Origin: an uncultured Planctomycetales bacterium
GTDB taxonomy: Bacteria > Omnitrophota > Gorgyraeia > Zapsychrales > Fredricksoniimonadaceae
NCBI GenBank assembly: GCA_964572155.1
Contig: CAZNDZ010000002.1
Span: 147,089-211,088, forward strand
Direction: 5' to 3'
Length of the DNA stretch: 64,000 nucleotides
In this document: one piece after another, positions 57,501-64,000 of the stretch
Position numbering within the stretch: the first letter of the stretch is position 1
Layout: each line of letters starts with the position of its first letter
Made by a program: the position numbers and the translations under genes
The notes under the pieces: generated by a model
Databases searched by the model: none
Told to the model about the DNA's origin: nothing
The model's input: only the letters and a program-made list of their open reading frames with translations

Positions 57501-58359
57501 TCTGACTTGCATAAACCTTATTAATCACCGACTGCTTAAACACATCCTGATACCATTGCGCTAAGGTTAAAGCATACGATATTTGTCGCAATTGAGCAAA
57601 ATTCTTACCTTCATTGACTTCAACTTCTAAGGCCGGAATAATCACTTCTCGCATGACTTGCTTAGACAATGCACTCAACTTTTGTTGCTCAACTACGGAT
57701 GCGTCTTTCTTTGCAAATGCTTTCTGAGTTTGATAATCATCATCCAGCATCACTTTTAAATGCATGTTTGTAACATAAACAGTATTTTGCTTCTCAATCA
57801 CGGCGGCATCTTGGGGAACAATCCATACCTTATTAAAGGTATCCACGGGGATCTGGGTAACGCCAAACTTTTCGTAAGCTTGTGCATAAACCCTTTGCCA
57901 AAACTCTTTGCCTAATCCTTTTTCTGGATACATCAACGACGAAGCAATTTGTTTTAACATGTAATCTTCAACCAATAAATCCCGGCCTAATTCTGTTTTG
58001 GCTAAGGCATCGGGAATTATACGGTCTTTCTCTATAGGTGATAGATTAACCCATAAATCTTTCTCAGGAACTGCCAGCGCCGCTAGGAAATAATTCACCG
58101 ACCGTTGTGCCATGGCCTTTTGTTCCATAGCATCAAAGCGTTCTTCACCATTATCTAGGATAAAATCAAAGCGCATGGGATTCTCTGGGTGAACAACCAA
58201 ACCTCGCAATAAGGCTGGACGAAAAGAAGGTGATAATGACACCAAGCTCCCCGCCTCTGGCAGGCCCAAGGCAGATTGTGCGAAACAATTAGAATATGGA
58301 GTGATACAAGTAAATGAGAAGGAAAGAACTAAAATGAAATAAATTGCTTTTTTAAACAT
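54553..58359 (-). CDS. Large secreted multidomain protein (1268 aa). The N-terminal 480 aa have no recognisable domain. The central region resembles alpha-glucan phosphorylase (GT35), but the PLP-binding lysine position is not conserved.
   Basis: The signal peptide MFKKAIYFILVLSFSFTCITPYSNCFA is followed by AGGLGPVMKFLGKGMKSLGAQVSF (compare GGLG..AGD.LKSASDLG), YTTHTYANRGDNAID (compare FTTHTP), and SIKGTGANEF...NGSLQAGTNEGNIV (compare EASGTSNMKF.LNG.LTIGT.DGANVE, with E in place of the Lys). Confidence 0.55.
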   Translation of the reverse strand: MFKKAIYFILVLSFSFTCITPYSNCFAQSALGLPEAGSLVSLSPSFRPALLRGLVVHPENPMRFDFILDNGEERFDAMEQKAMAQRSVNYFLAALAVPEKDLWVNLSPIEKDRIIPDALAKTELGRDLLVEDYMLKQIASSLMYPEKGLGKEFWQRVYAQAYEKFGVTQIPVDTFNKVWIVPQDAAVIEKQNTVYVTNMHLKVMLDDDYQTQKAFAKKDASVVEQQKLSALSKQVMREVIIPALEVEVNEGKNFAQLRQISYALTLAQWYQDVFKQSVINKVYASQSKVAGIDSNDPKNKEVIYQQYLQAYKKGVFNFIKEETDHLSKTPIPRKYFSGGFSNQHIRRQNVSLVMASATEEPREHYVVAVDMAMAQEIQKEYEPISYAKWNDLSFPFEIKRRLENLFVKGDLVQDKWRVLISDYAKQVQESVLYPVQSSWPVLKAIVLMTRKQEQQIIQAIEDEYSPNEIKRRPRLLDAILLMNNRFNSKLWLKQQAPHLEGRMVYLTAAEIHHWAGGLGPVMKFLGKGMKSLGAQVSFIEPWYQYRRDILDIKGNPTKLDYHEMGLTDIDENFVTFRDVKIGIESGTSVSGLETEANDKVTVKIVVAKGLDQNGVPVYLFKDELPDGSSYFTKMLYNYDDPVHNPISKQRSMAFIVTATSILHEYLEQQRMSTQKENWKPSIIHSNDGQFAPLQAKIMSRDDFSTNQAIKNTFFAYTTHTYANRGDNAIDWGLEVFAKHMMGIKPKFLNVFRRVGKMDHTSAGVNLADVGGAVSDMHRDNVNPYDPRASLTALSNGADPEEMGKIFRNEFRILFPKGDVDRPTGHQIARTKIETRKYFNSIGVRSASNRLIEIDMDALMIGNARRGVPEKDGARTAFVFDNIERMVKRGVNLVLMNNYQGKVSDASREHFMGVEEEIWRLKKENPTKYPGKFYFVDKFTADQKVALLGATNVKVMPSIKGTGANEFTEEDPFSNGSLQAGTNEGNIVTGGLVPGQTFVPEEDTDSSWWNTVFQPIINLWEEDQGHNEFYKQAALSPRLIRIMHYLNTSAANLEAYDKEIERQENNNLKDQKDINNIIASVVKQGGADVRAVLFDDRDQDNRSFRFSVVGQGDFQAPQKGLVGFIEEASRLEEMYGYDAFLGHHQNGHFRSYLLKLFTGQSAQVMVASKFDEIRDERVSELAKYKRSNRFMEQLKDELMKALQVVSTSDSAMLKGGIDLSKRIFINKEGYFEAVDMVDGALERVLQGLSGLQGKIINIVPIENLQQVIR

Positions 58360-58412
58360 GATTTTACCAAGATTTAAATATTTTTAGCGTAGAATAGTTC
58401 AATTATAACATC

Positions 58413-59447
58413 TTAATTCGAAGATAACAAATTATCCTGCACCATAAGTTTTAGGCATTGCACCCACATCGAGGAGACATTAAGACTTTCAACCAGCTGC
58501 CATTTTTGGCCGCCAAGTGCTTTAAACTGATGAGCATACTCTTCCCCTATCTCAACCGTTGTTTCCAAACAATCCGCAACGAACGCAGGAGAAAAAACTA
58601 AAACCTTTTTAATGTTTTTCTTAACCAACCCATTAATGACTTCATCTGTATAAGGCTTAACCCAAGGGTCTTTGCCTAAGCGTGATTGAAAACACAATGT
58701 GTATTGATCTTTAGAGATGCCAAGTTCTTTAGCTAACAAACGCGTGGTCTGAAAACATTGAGCGCGATAACAGTATTGATTCTTGCTATGATACGTTTCA
58801 CAACAGTCCCCCAAACGGCAATAACCACTGCACGAACCTTTTAATATCTGACGCTCTGGCAGACCATGATAACTAAACAAAATATGATCATACTTTTCTT
58901 GAGCCATATATTTCTTGCCCAACTCAACAAAAGCTTTAATAAATAATGGATGTTCTAAGAACTGACTTATCACCGTTAACGAAGGAATGATTTCCCAATG
59001 CTTTATCTCATCCATTAACTTTTCATGCGTAGATCCCGTCGAGGCACTGGCATATTGGGGATATAAAGGGATGACAATTAATTGCTTAAAACCTTTATCT
59101 TTAAATTGATTTAAAGCCTCATGCATGGATGGGTTTTGATAACGCATGCCTAAGACAACGTGATAATCTGACCCCAAAGCAGTTTGCAATAATGCGGTTA
59201 AATCTTCACCATAGAATTTAAGTGGCGATCCCCGCTCTGTCCAAAGCTTCTTATACCCTGCAGCAGATTGAGGCGCACGAAATGGAGCGATGATTAAATT
59301 GATCAACAACCAACGTTGCCAAAATGGGATATCAATAACCCGGCCATCCATCAAGAATTCACGTAAATATTTACGCACATCCTTGACCTGATAACTATCA
59401 GGGGTACCCAGATTCAGAAGTAAGACGCCAATGCGAGGTTTTGACAT
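58413..59447 (-). CDS. hemH: Ferrochelatase.
   Basis: IGVLLLNLGTPDS, about 340 aa, with typical ferrochelatase motifs. Confidence 0.8.
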   Translation of the reverse strand: MSKPRIGVLLLNLGTPDSYQVKDVRKYLREFLMDGRVIDIPFWQRWLLINLIIAPFRAPQSAAGYKKLWTERGSPLKFYGEDLTALLQTALGSDYHVVLGMRYQNPSMHEALNQFKDKGFKQLIVIPLYPQYASASTGSTHEKLMDEIKHWEIIPSLTVISQFLEHPLFIKAFVELGKKYMAQEKYDHILFSYHGLPERQILKGSCSGYCRLGDCCETYHSKNQYCYRAQCFQTTRLLAKELGISKDQYTLCFQSRLGKDPWVKPYTDEVINGLVKKNIKKVLVFSPAFVADCLETTVEIGEEYAHQFKALGGQKWQLVESLNVSSMWVQCLKLMVQDNLLSSN

Positions 59448-59532
59448 AGAAAAATTTTACACAACACAAACACCGGGGGTAGACCCGGTGTTTGGTTGTT
59501 CATTTGTAAGGAGAACAACTCCTGTTTATGTA

Positions 59533-59811
59533 CTACTTATCAAGTGGGAACGTTGCAATATCTAAAGCCCCACCAACAGCCTTCTTCATCATGTAGAAGG
59601 TACCTTTTAAGATACCACCTGGCAATGATAAAGGTAAGAAACTGTCAGCTTTGGCTTCAGCCATTGCATGGTCCTTAATTTCTAACGGGGATGTAACCAC
59701 CGTTGAAACCCCACCCTTAAGCTTTTCCACTGCGGCTGGCCAAGCAAAAGATGGTGTCGTAAAGACCACTAAAATTGCTGCAACGAGTAATAATGAGAGC
59801 GTGTTTTTCAT
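59533..59811 (-). CDS. Small secreted protein, unknown function (about 92 aa after the likely start MKNTLSLLL...).
   Basis: Signal peptide MKNTLSLLLVAAILVVFTTPSFA. The upstream in-frame ATG at 59850 is less likely to be the real start. Confidence 0.4.
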   Translation of the reverse strand: MKNTLSLLLVAAILVVFTTPSFAWPAAVEKLKGGVSTVVTSPLEIKDHAMAEAKADSFLPLSLPGGILKGTFYMMKKAVGGALDIATFPLDK

Positions 59812-59923
59812 ATGCTCCTCCTTTTTAAACGCAGGCATAGATGCTTGCATCTAATTAGAGTATGCCACTCAACACTATGAAAAACAAGGATTTACAACCC
59901 AAACCAGAAAACGTTTCCCTCGC

Positions 59924-60997
59924 TTACCACTCTAAAGCGCCACCTGTTTGATACTCGGTAACGCGGGTTTCAAAGAAATTTTTCTCTTTTTTAAGATCAA
60001 TAACCTCAGACATCCATGGGAATGGGTTGCTGGCGTTATAAACACGTGGCAAACGGAGCTTTTCTAAGCGTCGGTCTGCAATGTACTGGATATATTCACT
60101 CAATAAAGGCACATTTAAGCCTAAAACGCCCCTTGGCAAACAATCTTGGGCATAATTGATTTCTAATTGAACAGCCTTCTTAATACGTTCAACCAAGTGG
60201 TTGGCAAACTCGGTGGTCCAGCAATATGGGTTTTCATCAATGATCGAATTGATCAGCTGAATCCCAAAATTCATGTGTATACTCTCGTCACGCAAAATAT
60301 ACTGGATTTGTTCACATGTGCCAGGCATACGGTTTTGACGACCAAACGACAACATGGTCACAAATCCGCTGTAAAAGAAAATCCCTTCGGTCACAACATA
60401 AAAAGCTACCAAGTTATCTATGAACTTTTGCAAACCTTCCTTGGTCGACAAATCAACATTCTCATCTAAGATGCCACTGGTGCAGCTCATAGAGAATTCA
60501 TCTTTTTCATAAATGGATTGATTCTCACGGTACATGTTGAAAATTTCTGATTCATCCAAGGATAAAGATTCAACTGTATATTGAAATGTATGGACGTGAA
60601 TGGCTTCTTCGAATGCTTGGCGCAATAAATACTGACGGCATTCTGGATTATCAACTAGTTTATAAATTGATAAAACAATGTTGTTACCTACCAAGGTTTC
60701 TGCTGTTGAGAAGAAACCCAAGTTTCGTTTGATGACATGACGTTCATCTGGCGTGAAGAAGTTTGGATTCTTCCATTGTTCAATATCGCGTTGCATGGAA
60801 ACTTCCGTTGGCATCCAGTGATTGGCGCACGCATCTAAATAATAATGCCATGCCCATTTATATTTAATAGGAACTAATTGATTCACGTCGGTGGTGCGAT
60901 TATTTAAAATAATGCGCTTGCTATCCGCAGAGACGCGCTCTTTGGACATGCTAATCCCACCAACACATTCTTGTTTTTTATCTTTTAACTCACTCAT
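59924..60997 (-). CDS. nrdB: Ribonucleoside-diphosphate reductase beta subunit (class I).
   Basis: [11 protein letters not shown] and [12 protein letters not shown] ferritin-like di-iron motifs, with a GGGGG-type SD upstream. Confidence 0.8.
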   Translation of the reverse strand: MSELKDKKQECVGGISMSKERVSADSKRIILNNRTTDVNQLVPIKYKWAWHYYLDACANHWMPTEVSMQRDIEQWKNPNFFTPDERHVIKRNLGFFSTAETLVGNNIVLSIYKLVDNPECRQYLLRQAFEEAIHVHTFQYTVESLSLDESEIFNMYRENQSIYEKDEFSMSCTSGILDENVDLSTKEGLQKFIDNLVAFYVVTEGIFFYSGFVTMLSFGRQNRMPGTCEQIQYILRDESIHMNFGIQLINSIIDENPYCWTTEFANHLVERIKKAVQLEINYAQDCLPRGVLGLNVPLLSEYIQYIADRRLEKLRLPRVYNASNPFPWMSEVIDLKKEKNFFETRVTEYQTGGALEW

Positions 60998-61010
60998 ACT
61001 AACCCCCTAC

Positions 61011-63986
61011 TTATTGACAAGACTCACAATCTTGCACTGGTTCTGCGCTTAACTTCGCTGCTGGCGCATCGTCGATCACACGACCGCGCTCATCACGCTG
61101 ACGTTGACCAACCACGTTGTCATATTTTCCAATATCCAAAGTACTTTTCTCAATGCGGGTCGCACCCATAGAGCGCAAATAATAGGTTGTCTTTAAACCT
61201 TTTTCCCACGCATACATATACATATCACTAATTTTTTTACCCGACGGTTTGGCTTGATAGACGTTTAATGATTCGCCCATATCAATCCATTTTTGTCGAC
61301 GGCTACCTGCATCTAAAATCCATTCATATTCAATTTCAAATGCGGTGGCATATTTTGCCTTCAAGGACGCAGGAATGCGCTTGATCTCTTGAACAGATCC
61401 ATCGAAATATTTAAGATCATCAATCATTTCTTGATCCCAAATATTAAGCTTCTTTAAATCTTCAACCAAGTATTCATTGATAACGGTAAATTCACCGGAA
61501 AGATTGCTCTTAACAAACACATTCTTATACATAGGCTCGATCGATTGGGTGACACCTGTGATATTTCCAATCGTCGCTGTTGGCGCGATTGCCATGATCA
61601 AGCTGTTACGCAGGCCATGTTGTTTGATCGCCGCACGCACAGGCGCCCAATCCATCGACGCAGATTTATCCATATCTAAGAAACCACCGCGTTCTTCTTC
61701 AAGCAAGGCAATTGTGTCGATGGGCAATAAACCACGATCCCATTTAGAACCCTTGAATGTCGAATATTGACCACGTTCTTTAGCTAAATCAACCGATGCT
61801 AAAATGGCATAATATGAGATGGCTTCCATGCTAACATCCGCAAAATCAACCGCTTCTTTTGATGCATAGCTAACATTGATATTATATAACGCATCTTGGA
61901 AACCCATCAACCCTAAGCCTACGGGACGATGACGTTGATTCGCATTTTTAGCTTCAATAACAGGATAGTAATTAATATCGATAACATTGTCGAGCATGCG
62001 AACTGCGGTTGCGACTGTTTCTTTTAACTTCTTATGATCAATCCCAACAGCATCAACGTGCGCGGCCAAATTCACCGAACCTAAATTACAAACTGCTGTT
62101 TCATCGCTAGATGTATTGAGCAAGATTTCTGTACATAAGTTGGAACTATGCACCACACCGACGTGATCTTGAGGAGAACGCACATTGGAAGGATCTTTCC
62201 ATGTCAACCAAGGATGGCCAGTTTCAAAAACCATGGAGAGCATCTTGCGCCATAATTGAACCGCAGAAATAACTCTGAAATTCTTAATCTTACCTTCTCT
62301 GGCTTTTTGTTCATATTCTTCATAACGTTTCTCAAAAGCACGACCATAAATATGATGCAAATCTGGTGCTTCAGATGGCGTAAACAATGTCCAATCCGCA
62401 TTGGCCTTAACCCTTTTCATAAATAAATCAGGGATCCAGCTAGCGGTGTGCATGTCATGTGTACGACGGCGATCATCACCTGTATTCTTACGCAATTCTA
62501 AAAATTCTTCGATATCCAAATGCCAAACTTCCAAATATGCACACATGGCGCCTTGGCGTTTGCCACCTTGGTTAACGGCGAGAGCTGTATCATTGGCAAC
62601 TTTCAAAAAGGGAATTACACCTTGGCTCTTACCATTGGTGCCCTTGATGCGACTGCCCATGGCGCGAACGCTGGTCCAATCATTTCCAAGACCACCACTC
62701 CACTTAGACAACATGGCATCGTCTTGGATGCACTTAAAGATATGTTGCAAATCATCTTCAATGGTTGTTAAGAAACATGACGATAATTGTGGATGACGGG
62801 TTCCAGAATTAAACAGCGTCGGTGTTGAAGACATGAAACGGAAGGTTGAAAGAACATTGTAAAACTCAATGGCCTTCTTATTCTTTTGAGCCCCTTCATT
62901 AACACATAAGCCCATGGCCACACGCATCCAGAAAATTTGTGGCAATTCGATACGACGATCTTCCCAATGAATAAAATAACGGTCATACAATGTTTGCAAG
63001 CCCATATAACGGAAAATAAAATCGCGTTCTGGAACAATGGCTTGGCCTAAAGCTTTTAGATCAAATTGCTTTAATTGTGGGTCGAGCAATTCTAATTCAA
63101 CCGCTTTGTTAACGTACGCAGTTAAATACCCTGGATACTCAACGCGCATGCGATCAAAAGAAACTTCATAACCTAAAGCTTCTTGATATTCCATGAGCAA
63201 TAGCAAACGTGATGCCACATAACCATAATTAGGTTCTTTTTCAATAAAAGAACGGGCAGACATGATATTGGCTAATGCCAATTGACGCTCGGTCATGCCA
63301 TTAAAATAATTTTTCACCGCTTCTTTAAAGATAACATCAACGGAAACATCCGAAACACCTTTGCAGCATGATTCAAAATTAAAACGAATTTCATCTAAAT
63401 CAATGGGGCGATCGCCCTTAACAGTCTTTATGACTAAATTCTTAGCCCATTCAAAAGATTCTGCCGGGACAACGGTTTGAGCCTTTACCCGACGAGATTT
63501 AGCGCGTTCTTCACGGTAAATAATATAACGCTTGGCCACCTCATGATACCCAGCGGACATAATGACCTTCTCAACCACATCTTGAATTTCTTCAATATTA
63601 ACAGCCTTACCTTCTGGCCATTTGGTGCGGACATCAATAATAACTTTTTCTGAAAGCTCATGTGATTTCTCAATCAAGATTTCATTATAAACACCTTTGT
63701 TGTGGGCAATCAATGCCTTGGCAATGGCTAAGGTGATTTTTTCTTGCTTGAAAGAGACAACTTTACCGTCACGCTTGATGATGGAATACAATTCAAACAA
63801 TTGACGACGTGCTGCATGATGACGACGGTAGGAAGCATAACGCTCGCCGCATTCTTTAAAACCATTTTCATACAATTGACGAATAACTTCGTCTTGAATT
63901 TCTTCAACGGTTAAGAATGGTTTTTCAACCGCACGTTCTTTGATCACCTCTACAACGCATTGGGTCACGCGCTCTGCATCTTTCAT
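61011..63986 (-). CDS. nrdA: Ribonucleoside-diphosphate reductase alpha subunit (class I, ATP-cone). The N-terminus may extend beyond the annotated start.
   Basis: VIKRDGKVVSFKQEKITLAI (ATP cone), SSNLCTEILL active site, CESCQ C-terminus. A partial cone-like sequence of about 70 aa precedes the ATP cone. Confidence 0.85.
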   Translation of the reverse strand: MKDAERVTQCVVEVIKERAVEKPFLTVEEIQDEVIRQLYENGFKECGERYASYRRHHAARRQLFELYSIIKRDGKVVSFKQEKITLAIAKALIAHNKGVYNEILIEKSHELSEKVIIDVRTKWPEGKAVNIEEIQDVVEKVIMSAGYHEVAKRYIIYREERAKSRRVKAQTVVPAESFEWAKNLVIKTVKGDRPIDLDEIRFNFESCCKGVSDVSVDVIFKEAVKNYFNGMTERQLALANIMSARSFIEKEPNYGYVASRLLLLMEYQEALGYEVSFDRMRVEYPGYLTAYVNKAVELELLDPQLKQFDLKALGQAIVPERDFIFRYMGLQTLYDRYFIHWEDRRIELPQIFWMRVAMGLCVNEGAQKNKKAIEFYNVLSTFRFMSSTPTLFNSGTRHPQLSSCFLTTIEDDLQHIFKCIQDDAMLSKWSGGLGNDWTSVRAMGSRIKGTNGKSQGVIPFLKVANDTALAVNQGGKRQGAMCAYLEVWHLDIEEFLELRKNTGDDRRRTHDMHTASWIPDLFMKRVKANADWTLFTPSEAPDLHHIYGRAFEKRYEEYEQKAREGKIKNFRVISAVQLWRKMLSMVFETGHPWLTWKDPSNVRSPQDHVGVVHSSNLCTEILLNTSSDETAVCNLGSVNLAAHVDAVGIDHKKLKETVATAVRMLDNVIDINYYPVIEAKNANQRHRPVGLGLMGFQDALYNINVSYASKEAVDFADVSMEAISYYAILASVDLAKERGQYSTFKGSKWDRGLLPIDTIALLEEERGGFLDMDKSASMDWAPVRAAIKQHGLRNSLIMAIAPTATIGNITGVTQSIEPMYKNVFVKSNLSGEFTVINEYLVEDLKKLNIWDQEMIDDLKYFDGSVQEIKRIPASLKAKYATAFEIEYEWILDAGSRRQKWIDMGESLNVYQAKPSGKKISDMYMYAWEKGLKTTYYLRSMGATRIEKSTLDIGKYDNVVGQRQRDERGRVIDDAPAAKLSAEPVQDCESCQ

Positions 63987-64000
63987 GTATTCTGTAGGCA

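Noticed and set aside
1-64000. CRISPR arrays, restriction-modification or other defence systems, integrases and transposases.
   Set aside because: I saw no short direct-repeat/spacer arrays and no recognisable nuclease, methylase, recombinase or transposase motifs in any listed ORF.
63987-64000. A possible additional gene at the right edge.
   Set aside because: Only 14 nt remain. They could be an N-terminal extension of nrdA, but this cannot be assessed.

Overview
This is a 64 kb, low-GC (about 40%) bacterial chromosomal segment. Every protein-coding gene I can support lies on the minus strand. The only plus-strand features are one tRNA-like element and one small speculative ORF.

The window has two parts. 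Positions 1 to 39431 form an accessory island of seven giant secreted proteins: one partial gene over 2460 aa, then genes of 1786, 709, 1223, 1364, 1910 and 2563 aa. Six of the seven belong to one paralogous family. They share a Sec signal peptide, the N-terminal motif AKDFN[IV]KN.TQSFL, tail-fibre-like beta-helical repeats (GNVGIGT.TPQ..L.V..GNVG.GTW) and a reused module of about 97 aa. Their C-terminal tip domains differ and are swapped between non-adjacent paralogs. Three of these fibre genes are immediately followed by a small secreted LamG (concanavalin-like lectin) gene. Two of those pairs are translationally coupled through the stop/start overlap TAATG. The island also carries a ribbon-helix-helix regulator with a triple TGATATCA operator, and a tRNA-like element with an aberrant anticodon arm.

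Positions 39522 to 64000 are ordinary housekeeping genes: mrdA, an mreD-like gene, ybeY, a 7TM-HD hydrolase, phoH, a LysM lipoprotein, aspS, hisS, an HU/IHF gene, dnaE, guaA, a guaB-like gene, a 1268 aa secreted protein with a degenerate glucan-phosphorylase-like domain, hemH, nrdB and nrdA.

The most promising candidate for a new system is the fibre + LamG module array, which shows signs of concerted evolution and repeat-number variability. I did not see any CRISPR array, integrase, transposase or recognisable defence genes.
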